Origin: Bdellovibrionota bacterium
Lineage (GTDB): Bacteria > Bdellovibrionota_C > UBA2361 > JBGSMV01
Assembly (NCBI GenBank): GCA_044356455.1
Contig: JBIKWF010000018.1
Location: 1 to 53,073 of the forward strand
Direction: 5' to 3'
DNA length: 53,073 bases
Shown here: piece by piece, positions 8,552 through 17,928 of the stretch
Position numbering within the stretch: position 1 is the stretch's first letter
How the letters are laid out: each line of letters starts with the position of its first letter
Made by a program: the position numbers and the translations under genes
The notes under the pieces: generated by a model
Seen by the model: the letters and a program-made list of their open reading frames with translations, nothing else
What the model was told of the DNA's origin: nothing
Database searches by the model: none

Positions 8552-10468
8552 ATGAAGTCGCTCGAACAGTGCCACTCAATTCCGGAAGCTTTTTTCGAGA
8601 TTGCTCGTGCAGAGCCAGATATGGGCGTCTACCACCAACCGGTGATAGATCCGGCAACGGAGTCAAATGGCAAGCCTCGCGCGAGGCGCAGTCAGGCCTT
8701 TCGTGAAGTAAGGGAGCGAGTGCAAGCGCTCGCCCAGTTTCTGCGTGACGCGGGATTGAGGAGGGGCGATAAGGTCGCCATTATTTCTCAGACCCGCCCG
8801 GAGTGGATGGAGTCAGACCTCGCCGTACTCGCGGCAGGTGGTGTGGTGGTGTCAGTGTACCCCTCACTTATTGCCCAGGAGATCGGGTATCTGCTTTTTG
8901 ATGCGGGGGCTCGCATCGTCATTGCAGAGAATCAAGAACAAGTGGCGAAGCTGGCCTATTTGTTGGACCACGAGTGTGTGATTCCCGCTACGGAAGAGCG
9001 CGGCGCATCGACGGCACGAGTTCTTATCGACCGCATTGTGGTTATGGAAGAAGCCAGCCTTCCTGAGGTGCATCGTTTTGTGAGCACCAATGTGCCGCGC
9101 ATGGTGCGCTGGGCCGAAGCGGCAAAAACGAAATGTGACCCAGCGATAGAGGTACATGAGACGCTTGCGAGAGAAGATCTTGCGTCTCTTGTCTACACGT
9201 CTGGCACGACCGGTGCTCCTAAGGGCGTGATGCAAACGCACGGCAATCACCTTTCGAATGTGCGTCAGGCGAGGGACACTCTCTTGTTCACTGATTTGTC
9301 CCGACTTTGTGTTTTTCTTCCGCTTGCGCACGCGTTTGCAAAGTTGATGGGATACATTGGGTTTCTTACTCGTGCCCAGATTGAATTTCCTGCCGTTGCG
9401 AGCACCGCGACTTCGAAAGCAGATCCAGATTCGATTACCCGTGACATTCGAGAAGGTGAGAGTGATCTTGTCCCTGCGGTTCCTCGTATCTTTGAGAAGA
9501 TGCAGGATGGTGTTCTCAGGAAATCAGAGCGTAAGGGGCTTATAGGCTCTTTGCTGCGGCTCACTCTTTGGGCAGCGCGGGAGGTTTACGAAGCTAAGAA
9601 GCAGGGCCGTTCTCCTTCTATGCTCGCGGCTATTGCTTATGGGGGCACCGCCGGAGTACGCGCCAAGATTAAGCGTCAGCTGTTCGGGCGAGCCTTTCGT
9701 TTTGCAATCTCAGGCGGCGCAAAGTTACAGATAGCGACCAATGAGTTTTTTGATGCGCTCGATATTATGGTGCTCGAAGGTTACGGGCTTACTGAGACGG
9801 TAGTTGCTACCAATATTAACCGCCCCAATTTTCGAAAAATTGGAACCGTGGGGCCTCTGCTCGCCTCAGATATTCAGATCAAGATTGCCGAGGATGGTGA
9901 GATTTGTTTCAAGGGCCCGAATATTGCCTTGGGCTATTACAACAGACCAACTGCCACCTCTCAGTCATGGGATGAGGAGGGGTGGTTTCATACGGGTGAT
10001 CTCGGATCTATTGATGACAAGGGGCTTCTCTCCATTCAAGGTCGCAAAAAGGAGTTAATTGTTACTGCGGGAGGGAAAAAGATCCCGCCGGATCCCATCG
10101 AGCAGCGACTTAAGCTTTCAAGGTTTGTCTCTCAGGTAATGTTGTTCGGGGATGAGAAGCCTTACTGCATCGCGCTTATTACTCTTAACCTCAATGCGGC
10201 TGAAATATGGGCACACCAAACCGGCAAGAGTGTTTCTCCTCAGCTCGTCGAAGAGGAAGCGATTCGAAAGGAAGTTTGGGAACACGTGCAGAAGATCAAC
10301 GCCGCGCTGGCGAGCTATGAGTCGGTAAAAAAAATTCGGCTGATAGCAGAAGATTTTTCCATTGAGAATGGGCTCCTTACGCCGACCCTTAAAGTGCGTC
10401 GGCGTGAGGTAGTGAAGCGCTACCGTGACCTGATTGAGGAAATCTACTCGAGCGAGCGGGAGTGGTAG
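8552..10468 (+). CDS. fadD: Long-chain fatty acid--CoA ligase (AMP-dependent synthetase)
   Basis: YTSGTTGAPKG, LPLAH, EGYGLTE, GWFHTGDLG, GRKKELIVTAGGKKI, LLTPTLKVRR. GTG at 8546 is an alternative start. Confidence 0.92.
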   Translation: MKSLEQCHSIPEAFFEIARAEPDMGVYHQPVIDPATESNGKPRARRSQAFREVRERVQALAQFLRDAGLRRGDKVAIISQTRPEWMESDLAVLAAGGVVVSVYPSLIAQEIGYLLFDAGARIVIAENQEQVAKLAYLLDHECVIPATEERGASTARVLIDRIVVMEEASLPEVHRFVSTNVPRMVRWAEAAKTKCDPAIEVHETLAREDLASLVYTSGTTGAPKGVMQTHGNHLSNVRQARDTLLFTDLSRLCVFLPLAHAFAKLMGYIGFLTRAQIEFPAVASTATSKADPDSITRDIREGESDLVPAVPRIFEKMQDGVLRKSERKGLIGSLLRLTLWAAREVYEAKKQGRSPSMLAAIAYGGTAGVRAKIKRQLFGRAFRFAISGGAKLQIATNEFFDALDIMVLEGYGLTETVVATNINRPNFRKIGTVGPLLASDIQIKIAEDGEICFKGPNIALGYYNRPTATSQSWDEEGWFHTGDLGSIDDKGLLSIQGRKKELIVTAGGKKIPPDPIEQRLKLSRFVSQVMLFGDEKPYCIALITLNLNAAEIWAHQTGKSVSPQLVEEEAIRKEVWEHVQKINAALASYESVKKIRLIAEDFSIENGLLTPTLKVRRREVVKRYRDLIEEIYSSEREW

Positions 10469-10860
10469 GGCGCGCTTGTTCCTAGCGCGCCGAAAGATCT
10501 CACGGCCCGTATCAATTGGTTTCGATTTGTTGCCGTGGGGCGTGTTGAATGATCATGCGGCGCCCTGGGGACAGGACGCCCTACCAGGATGTTTCGCCTG
10601 TGGGTAGGGCGCGCTGTCCCTAGCGCGCCGAAAGACCTTACGTCCTGTCCCAATTGGTTCCGATTTGCAGCCACGGGGCAAGTTGGAAGATCATGCGGCA
10701 CCGCGGGGACGCGGCGCCCTACCAAGACGCGACGCCCCTGGGTAGGGCGCGCCGTCCCCGGCGTGCCGAAAGATCCCTCGGCTCATTCGAATTGGTTTCG
10801 ATTTGCCGCCGCGGGGCAGGCCGAAAGATCATGCGGCGTCCTGGGGACAGGGCGCCCTAC
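10465..10860. repeat. Tandem array of three GTAG REP doublets (spacer type Y)
   Basis: Units 10465-10584, 10604-10722 and 10742-10860, period 138-139 bp, between convergent genes. The first GTAG contains the fadD stop codon. Confidence 0.92.
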
Positions 10861-10869
10861 CCGAGGATA

Positions 10870-11250
10870 CTAAGCCGCAGCAATCATCGAGATCTCGACA
10901 AGAGATCCCCTCGGCAGTCCTGCGACTTGCACCGTTGCGCGCGCGGGTTTTGAGCCGTTAAGCCACTTGTCGTAAATCGCATTCACCTTCTCAAAATTGC
11001 CGAGGTCGGTGAGATAAATTGTTGCGCTCATGACGTGAGAGAAACTCAGTTCAACGTGGGAGAGAACTTTGGACAAGTTTTTCATTACTTGTTCGGTTTG
11101 AGCTTCGATGCCGCCTTCAACGATTTTCATCGTGCTAGGATCAAGGGGAATCTGGCCCGAAAGGTAGGCCGTTCCATTCTTGAGGGTTACTTGAGAGTAA
11201 GGCCCAATAGCTTTGGGGGCATCGGGGGCGTCGGAAACATAGCGAATCAT
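10870..11250 (-). CDS. ridA: RidA/YjgF family enamine deaminase
   Basis: APKAIGPYSQ, YLSGQIPLDP, PARATVQV, LPRGSLVEI. Confidence 0.93.
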   Translation of the reverse strand: MIRYVSDAPDAPKAIGPYSQVTLKNGTAYLSGQIPLDPSTMKIVEGGIEAQTEQVMKNLSKVLSHVELSFSHVMSATIYLTDLGNFEKVNAIYDKWLNGSKPARATVQVAGLPRGSLVEISMIAAA

Positions 11251-11390
11251 AGGCAAACTCCGCTCCAATTGTTTAGTTTGTGTTAAATCGCACGATTAGG
11301 CCCCTTGCTCAAGCTCTCTATCCTTGAATACCCGAGTTCCCCCAGGCTATGAATAGGTAACTGCAAGGCTTTACAGTTGATGGGAGGCCC

Positions 11391-12077
11391 ATGGCGCGCG
11401 AGAACATTCTGGTGGTTGATGACGAGGAGGATATCCTCGAGCTTGTTCGTTATAACCTCGCCAAAGAGGGGTATAATGTTACTGGGGTCGGAACCGGGGA
11501 AGATGGCCTCGAGGCTGCCCGCGCGAAGCGCCCGGATTTAGTGCTGCTTGATTTGATGCTGCCCGGAATTGACGGGCTTGATGTGTGTAAGGTTCTTAAG
11601 CATGACGGGACCACGCAACACATTCCCGTCATTATCCTAAGCGCCAAGGGCGAAGAAGCGGATATCGTTACCGGACTTGAGATTGGGGCGGATGATTACA
11701 TCGTAAAGCCCTTTAGCCCCCGGGTGGTGAGCGCGCGCATCAAGAGCGTATTAAGGCGCAAGAAGTCTCCGGATGTAGACGAAGAAGCCACTATCAAAAT
11801 TGAGGATCTTGAAATCCATCCCGGCAAGCACGAAGTGCTTATTAAGGGCAAGGCTCTTGAGCTTACGTTCACGGAGTTCCGGATCCTGCATTTCTTGGCG
11901 CGGCAGCGTGGGTGGGTTTTTACGCGCTTTCAAATCGTCGACTCCGTGCATGGAGAGGCCTACCCCGTTACTGATAGATCCGTCGACGTTCAAATTGTTG
12001 GGCTTCGCAAAAAGCTTGGTAAGTATGGAAAGCTTATCGAGACGGTGCGCGGAGTTGGCTATCGCTTTAAGGGATAG
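11391..12077 (+). CDS. phoB: OmpR/PhoB family response regulator
   Basis: REC domain (VVDDE, LLDLMLP, KPF) plus winged helix (RSVDVQI, IETVRGVGYRF). Operon with a PhoR-like kinase and phoU. Confidence 0.88.
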   Translation: MARENILVVDDEEDILELVRYNLAKEGYNVTGVGTGEDGLEAARAKRPDLVLLDLMLPGIDGLDVCKVLKHDGTTQHIPVIILSAKGEEADIVTGLEIGADDYIVKPFSPRVVSARIKSVLRRKKSPDVDEEATIKIEDLEIHPGKHEVLIKGKALELTFTEFRILHFLARQRGWVFTRFQIVDSVHGEAYPVTDRSVDVQIVGLRKKLGKYGKLIETVRGVGYRFKG

Positions 12078-12121
12078 GCGCTTTAAGGGATAGGCGCTTT
12101 AAGGGATAGGCGCTTTAAGGG
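12063..12121 (+). repeat. 16-bp tandem repeat (CGCTTTAAGGGATAGG x3.7)
   Basis: Three exact copies and one partial copy, starting in the last codons of phoB. Confidence 0.95.
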
Positions 12122-12127
12122 GTAATC

Positions 12128-13333
12128 ATGTCGTCAAGTCAACGCGCACGCCGCTCTCCTGAGAGTGACTATCGCACTTCGGATGTCTCTGCTCCTCAGT
12201 CAGAGGAGTCGGCCTATCCTGCCGAAAGTGAGCGAGAACGTGAGGTCGGGCAGTTGCGCGCTATTCTCTCCAACATGCGCGAGGGAGTGATTGCGCTCGA
12301 CCTGGATGAGAGAATTCTTGAAATGAACACGGGAGCTTTTGAGCTTCTTGGGCCTGCGGCCAGTCGTCTTACTTCGGGCACCGTTGTTGGTGTTCCTATT
12401 CAGGAAGTGATTCGAAGCGCAGCGCTGCAGCGTTTTGTGCGAAGGGCCCTGCAAGAGCTTTCACCGATAGAAGAGACTATCGTAATTGATCTCGAAGTCG
12501 TGCAGGCAGGTGAGAAAGAACGCTTGCTTCAGGCGTATGCATCTCCCTTGAGTGATGTGCGAGGAGCGCGCATGGGGGTGCTCGTGGTGCTACATGACGT
12601 CACGAGGCTTCATCAACTAGAAAATGTGCGCCGCGATTTTGTGGCAAATGTTTCGCATGAACTTAAGACCCCGATTACCTCCATCAAAGGGTTTGTTGAG
12701 ACTCTCATGGACGGTGCGGTGGAGAATCCGGAGGATGCGCGGCGATTCCTCTCTATTATTTCGCGGCAAGCGGATCGACTGAATGCAATATTCGAGGATC
12801 TCCTTAGCCTTTCGCGTATTGAGCAAGAGAATGAGCGCGGCGGAATCGGGCTTGAGGAAAGGTCCGTGGGTGACGTGATCGATGAGGCTTTGCAGTCCTG
12901 CCTTTTTCATGCTCAGGAAAGGCAGATTGAGCTCGAGAAGGAGTACCCCGAGAATCTCAAGGCGCTGATTAATCCGAATCTCTTGGAGCAAGCGATCGTA
13001 AATCTTGTTGATAATGCCATTAAATTTAGCGAGAGCGGTCAGAGAGTAGAGGTGCGGGCCCACGTTTTGGATAAGTCCTTAGAGATCCAGGTTATCGATT
13101 CTGGAAAGGGTATCGATCGAATTCACCTCCCGCGAATTTTCGAGCGCTTTTATAGAGTGGATAAGGCTCGAACGCGCCGGGAAGGCGGAACGGGTCTTGG
13201 ACTTGCTATAGTTAAGCATATCGCCCAAGCCCACGGGGGGTTTGCCACCGTGAAGAGTGAGTTGGGGAGTGGCAGTGTGTTTTCGATTCACATTCCGCAG
13301 CTACCTTCCCGGATCGGCGAACGACAGGCGTGA
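12128..13333 (+). CDS. phoR: PhoR-like PAS histidine kinase lacking transmembrane segments
   Basis: PAS region, RRDFVANVSHELKTPITSI H-box, NLVDNAIKF, RIFERFYRVDKAR, GGTGLGLAIVKH. The N-terminus is hydrophilic. Confidence 0.85.
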   Translation: MSSSQRARRSPESDYRTSDVSAPQSEESAYPAESEREREVGQLRAILSNMREGVIALDLDERILEMNTGAFELLGPAASRLTSGTVVGVPIQEVIRSAALQRFVRRALQELSPIEETIVIDLEVVQAGEKERLLQAYASPLSDVRGARMGVLVVLHDVTRLHQLENVRRDFVANVSHELKTPITSIKGFVETLMDGAVENPEDARRFLSIISRQADRLNAIFEDLLSLSRIEQENERGGIGLEERSVGDVIDEALQSCLFHAQERQIELEKEYPENLKALINPNLLEQAIVNLVDNAIKFSESGQRVEVRAHVLDKSLEIQVIDSGKGIDRIHLPRIFERFYRVDKARTRREGGTGLGLAIVKHIAQAHGGFATVKSELGSGSVFSIHIPQLPSRIGERQA

Positions 13334-13385
13334 CGGGCGGCCATTGGTGTGAGGCTTGCAGAGTTGCATTTGGAGATTGAGTCTT

Positions 13386-14060
13386 GTGAGTGATAAGCGA
13401 ATTGATAGGGCCATTGAGAAACTGAAGCGCGAGATCCTTGGCCTTGGCGCGCTTGTTGAAGAGAGCCTTTTTCTCGCGTTCAAAGCTTACGAGCAGCGTA
13501 ACGGCGCGGCGGCGGAGAGTGTGATTGAGTCAGATGCTGTTATTGATGCGCGCGAGGTTGAAATTGAAGAAGAATGCCTTAAGGCACTCGCGTTGTATCA
13601 ACCCACGGGTCGTGAGCTTCGGATGACCATTGCGGTCATGAAGATGACTAACGACCTTGAGCGAATTGGTGATTGCGCCGCGAATATTAGCTGGCAAGCC
13701 CATTCACTTGCCTATGTGAAGCCTGTGGAGGCTCCCTCAACTATGGGTGAGATGGCCGCAAAAACAAAGTCCATGCTTAGGTCCTGTCTCGAGGCATTGG
13801 TGAATCTTGATCTTAACGCTGCGTGGGGAATTCTCGCCTCTGATGATGAGATCGATGTCCTCAACCGTCAGCACAAAGAGTGGTTGCTCAAAAGAATTCA
13901 GGCCTCTCCCGCGGATGCAGAGTCGCTTCTTTATCATATGTCTGTTTCAAAGAACCTCGAGCGCGTGGCGGACCACGTTACTAATCTCGCCGAGGATATT
14001 ATTTACATGGTCGAGGGTGAGATAGTGCGGCACGGGCGGGCGCAGAGGAAGGTTGCCTAG
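13386..14060 (+). CDS. phoU: Phosphate signalling protein PhoU
   Basis: Two PhoU repeats (DLERIGD, NLERVADH), QPTGRELR. GTG start follows GGAG. Confidence 0.92.
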   Translation: MSDKRIDRAIEKLKREILGLGALVEESLFLAFKAYEQRNGAAAESVIESDAVIDAREVEIEEECLKALALYQPTGRELRMTIAVMKMTNDLERIGDCAANISWQAHSLAYVKPVEAPSTMGEMAAKTKSMLRSCLEALVNLDLNAAWGILASDDEIDVLNRQHKEWLLKRIQASPADAESLLYHMSVSKNLERVADHVTNLAEDIIYMVEGEIVRHGRAQRKVA

Positions 14061-14129
14061 GGAGGGGCTGACTCTTTTGCCTCTGCTATTAGGCCGCTAG
14101 ACGTGCCTCCGATTTCCCATTCGTTTCCC

Positions 14130-14178
14130 CCGGGCGGCTTGAAAGATCATGCGGCGCCCTGGGGACAGGGCGCCCTAC
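14130..14178. repeat. Single GTAG REP arm with partial type-Y spacer
   Basis: aagatcatgcggcgccctggggacagggcgccctac matches the unit ends in 10465-10860. Confidence 0.8.
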
Positions 14179-14308
14179 CAGTTCTTCTCTTTCTGAAACG
14201 TCGGTTTGTTATTAAGCTTCCGCTTGGGAAAGTCTCCGTCTGTGCTACCCATGGGGACTGGCGCTAACTCATTGAAACAACGATAGTAATCGCTTGGAAA
14301 GGAATCCT

Positions 14309-15745
14309 ATGCGAATTTCAAGTGTATTCGGTCTCGTGATTGCTCTTGCGATGTTCTTGTTCTCGCCGCACGCACGCGCGCTTACCATTGATGATTTCGC
14401 CTCATCCTCAGCTCAGCAAGTAAACGTTGATCCTGGGGAAACTCTATCCGCCGGATTTAGTGCTTCCACCGCTATTGGGGGAGCGAGAGTAATTGGGGCT
14501 TCAAGCACGACCGGATTTTTGAGGGGACGAGTCTTCGAGGGCCGGTATTCTCACTCCCAAGATGAAGGCTCAAGTGGTTCGACCTCAATTTTATGGCACG
14601 GCCAGCTCGGCCAGGCCGTCGTTTCTAATGGTCTTGGTTCGGTCGATCTTAGAGCTGACGGTTCCACGGCGTTTCGACTTACGGTGAAGAGTTTTGATTT
14701 TGGTTTCGACCGGCCCATCTCTGGAACAATTACGGTATATGACGCCACTGACGTAGCCGGGGCGACACTTGGAACCGTTTCGTTTACGCTCGCAGAGGAA
14801 ATTCTAACTCCTAAGGAAATCTTAATCCCATTTTCCGCAGTTTCTTCGCAGGACATTCTTGGAAGAACGGGAGCCATTAAACTCGAGCTGTTCGGGAGCG
14901 ACGCAGCGCTCGATGTAAGCATCGATTTTTTCGGAACTACGTGCGCCTTGTTCTCTAGTGCAGGCAGCCAATTAGGCACGGTGGATCAGTGTGGTGTGTG
15001 CGGGGGAGACAACTCTTCCTGTCAGGACTGCCTTGGCGTTCCGAACGGAACGTCTTTACCGGGAACGGGCTGCCCGACAGGTCAAGCTGGCCAGTGCGCG
15101 CCAGGGAACTTTAATCAGAGCTGCGCATGTGTGCCTGTGACACCTCCAAGTACCGAGCAATGTGATTCTATTGATAACGATTGTGATGGAGTCGTTGATA
15201 ATGGCGCAGGGACCTGCACAGATTGCGCTGGTGTGCTCGGCGGAACAGCGGTCCTTGATAGGTGTGGCATATGTGCGGGAGATGGACTCTCCTGTTTGGG
15301 ATGCTCTACAAAAGATCTCACCCCCTTGCTTACGACGCTGGATGGAGGTGCCAAGCGCCAGGAAGCGTTGATTCGAAAGATTCTTAAGAACACGGATGTG
15401 CGAGCAAGTACAAAACTGAAACGCCAGATAGATAAGATTCGAACTGATGCGCACAGCCTTCAAATTAAGAATTGGACGATTATTTGGACGGTACCGGTGC
15501 AATCTACGGTGTGCGAAAATCGCCAGTTCTGTGTGACGTCAAGCAATCAGTCGATAATCAGCGAGTATCGTGTGCACTCCCAAGAGCTGCGTGCCCTTGG
15601 GCAAAAAGCTATTGCGCTCAGGAAGCGTCTTGTGACGACGACGCGCAAGTTGGCTGATAGGTTTACTTTTGATAACGAGGAGCTGCATGCGCAGAATATG
15701 GCGCTCCTTGCGACGGTTCCCACCGAGCAGTTTTCCTGCTCTTAA
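14309..15745 (+). CDS. Secreted Cys-rich protein: beta-rich N-domain, DxCGVCGGD repeats, CDxxDNDCDG motif, shared four-Cys C-terminal domain
   Basis: Signal peptide ending ARA, DQCGVCGGDNSSC and DRCGICAGDGLSC repeats, EQCDSIDNDCDGVVDN. The C-terminal ~147 aa align with 45645-46103. Confidence 0.8.
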   Translation: MRISSVFGLVIALAMFLFSPHARALTIDDFASSSAQQVNVDPGETLSAGFSASTAIGGARVIGASSTTGFLRGRVFEGRYSHSQDEGSSGSTSILWHGQLGQAVVSNGLGSVDLRADGSTAFRLTVKSFDFGFDRPISGTITVYDATDVAGATLGTVSFTLAEEILTPKEILIPFSAVSSQDILGRTGAIKLELFGSDAALDVSIDFFGTTCALFSSAGSQLGTVDQCGVCGGDNSSCQDCLGVPNGTSLPGTGCPTGQAGQCAPGNFNQSCACVPVTPPSTEQCDSIDNDCDGVVDNGAGTCTDCAGVLGGTAVLDRCGICAGDGLSCLGCSTKDLTPLLTTLDGGAKRQEALIRKILKNTDVRASTKLKRQIDKIRTDAHSLQIKNWTIIWTVPVQSTVCENRQFCVTSSNQSIISEYRVHSQELRALGQKAIALRKRLVTTTRKLADRFTFDNEELHAQNMALLATVPTEQFSCS

Positions 15746-15756
15746 TGCAATCACTC

Positions 15757-15824
15757 CTTAGTGGTCGCAGTGGTTTTTTAAAGACAACCACTAAGACCAC
15801 TAAGACCACTGAGACCACTAAGGG
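15757..15824. repeat. 9-bp-periodic palindromic repeat
   Basis: ccttagtggtcgcagtggtt...accactaagaccactaagaccactgagaccactaagg. Confidence 0.8.
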
Positions 15825-15987
15825 GGAGGTGGGCATAAGTCCTTTGAGCAATGAAGCAAATTTCTAGTGGAATGAACTCCTATTCCAGACTCTCTTTTTC
15901 GCTCGGTTAGATCCTGATTCAGGAGTACTTCCCATGATCCAGCCTCAATGTGTCTTGAGGCCGGTCTGTTGGGAGACTATTTGAATC

Positions 15988-17913
15988 ATGGCTAATCCAG
16001 CGCATAAGCAAGAAGGTAATCGAGCCGGCGATAGCGGAGCACCTATTTCAGTAAATATGCGGGTCGTGCAGGGCGGGCAGCCGGCAGCGACCGTAGGCGA
16101 GGGCATGGCGCCCGGGGCTCAGCAAGAAGTGGAGTCCAATGATCCTCTTTTAAAGATCACCCGGGAACTCAGCCGCAAATATAAGAATCCCATGCGCTTT
16201 CATGTGAATGAAGGCGGTCCCTTTCTCTCTTATGAGGACCTTGTTCAGGCAATCGACGAGCGGCCGATTGGTAAGGCTATCGCGAAGAAGCTTGAGTTTC
16301 TAGAACGTCACGGATTTATCCCACTCACTTCTTATGAGGGCGAGGAGCAAGGCGACGCTCCAGGTCAGATTAAGGTGAGAGAACGTCTCGTACTTGCGAT
16401 GCGCGCAACGCAACACGGAAGTAAGGAGCTCATAAATCCTGCCGTGTTTGATTACGAATGGTCCGACACTCTCGCTCCGCGCTTAAAGCGTGAGCTCCCT
16501 GAGATTAAGCATCAGCGCATTGATGCCATGATCGTGAGCAACGAGCGCTTTGAGGATCTGAAGAGAGTGGTGAACGATATCGATTACCGTAGGCTTCTGC
16601 TTGGTAAAATCGACCCCAATGCAAAGGCCGAGAAAACGTTCGATGAGCTGGTTGCTTCCGCCGTGCGTGAAGGGGCAAGCGATATCCACATTCAATGTAT
16701 TGATCACGGCGACTATAAAGTGCGCTTCCGTATCAATGGTGTACTGAAACACGCGCACACCGTGCGTCACGAAACGGGTAGGCCACTGATTGCGCGCCTC
16801 AAGATATGCGGCGACATGAAAGTGGATGAGAATCGGTTGCCGCTCGACGGGCGCATCTTTTTTACCACGAACACTATTAAGAGTCCGGAGACGCTCGCGC
16901 TGGTAAAAGGCTACAGCATGCGTGTCTCCATTGTGTTTGGGCAGCAGGGGCCGACCGCGGTGCTGAGACTCCTTAAATCGGCGAATGAAGGAAGCTTTAA
17001 ATTAGATAAGCTTGGGTTTCGGCCTCATGTGCTGCAGGGCATTGAGGAAGTACTTCAAACTCCTAATGGTGTGGTGCTGGTAACGGGTCCCACAGGGTCT
17101 GGGAAAACCAGCACCCTCTACGCGGCCCTTAAGCGGCTTGATGATGGAGAGACGAACATCATTACCGCGGAAGATCCGGTCGAGGTTTCTCTTACCGGTA
17201 TTACTCAGGTGCAGGTGAATAGAGCCATTAACCTTGGGTTTCCGGAAATCCTTAGAAGCTTTCTGCGTCAGGACCCTGATGTCATTCTTGTGGGTGAAAT
17301 TCGAGATCAGGAAACGGCAGAGGTGGCCGTGCAAGCTGCGCTTACTGGTCACTTGGTGTTTGCAACGGTCCATACCAATGATGCTTTTGGAACCTTGCAA
17401 CGTTTGCGAAGTCTCGGGATAGATAACTCAAAGCTTCAGGACACGATTCGCGCGGTGCTCTCTCAGCGTCTTGTCAGAAAGCTTTGTTCGGAATGTCGGC
17501 ATTCTGTTGATATTGCCCCCGACCTCAACCGGGCGCTTGGGACTAATCCGGATGGCAGCACGCCGTTCGCGCAGCCCTTTATGACTTCTAAGAGCACCGG
17601 AAAGAATGCGGCAGGCGGGAACTGTAAGCCTTGTAAGGGAACAGGTTTTACGGGGGTGTTTCCGGTTGCGGAGATCTGGATTCCTGGCATCAAGGAGAAG
17701 GACCTGATCATTGAAGGGAACACTCGCCACGAGGCGCTCTACGAGGTGGCGCGCCAAAGCGGCATGATTCCGATTATGCACTCTGCTTTGGAGGATATTA
17801 AGGACGGACGCACGAGTTATGCGGAGTGCTTAGCGAGAGTCTTCTCGGTCCAAGATCTCCGCCAGCGCAGGGGAGAAGTAATCAAAATTCTAGGCGGTAA
17901 TCCTGGCTCGTAG
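15988..17913 (+). CDS. GspE/PulE/PilB family secretion or pilus assembly ATPase
   Basis: ASDIHI, RFRING, Walker A GPTGSGKT, TAEDPVE, LRQDPDVILVGEIRD, TGHLVFATVH, and CSEC...CKPC Zn motif. Confidence 0.92.
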   Translation: MANPAHKQEGNRAGDSGAPISVNMRVVQGGQPAATVGEGMAPGAQQEVESNDPLLKITRELSRKYKNPMRFHVNEGGPFLSYEDLVQAIDERPIGKAIAKKLEFLERHGFIPLTSYEGEEQGDAPGQIKVRERLVLAMRATQHGSKELINPAVFDYEWSDTLAPRLKRELPEIKHQRIDAMIVSNERFEDLKRVVNDIDYRRLLLGKIDPNAKAEKTFDELVASAVREGASDIHIQCIDHGDYKVRFRINGVLKHAHTVRHETGRPLIARLKICGDMKVDENRLPLDGRIFFTTNTIKSPETLALVKGYSMRVSIVFGQQGPTAVLRLLKSANEGSFKLDKLGFRPHVLQGIEEVLQTPNGVVLVTGPTGSGKTSTLYAALKRLDDGETNIITAEDPVEVSLTGITQVQVNRAINLGFPEILRSFLRQDPDVILVGEIRDQETAEVAVQAALTGHLVFATVHTNDAFGTLQRLRSLGIDNSKLQDTIRAVLSQRLVRKLCSECRHSVDIAPDLNRALGTNPDGSTPFAQPFMTSKSTGKNAAGGNCKPCKGTGFTGVFPVAEIWIPGIKEKDLIIEGNTRHEALYEVARQSGMIPIMHSALEDIKDGRTSYAECLARVFSVQDLRQRRGEVIKILGGNPGS

Positions 17914-17928
17914 TAGAGGGCGAGCTCA

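Noticed and set aside
10465..10860. CRISPR-like periodicity here and at 28681-29224
   Set aside because: The intervening sequences are homologous to each other, the arms are inverted GTAG REP pairs, and no cas genes are present.
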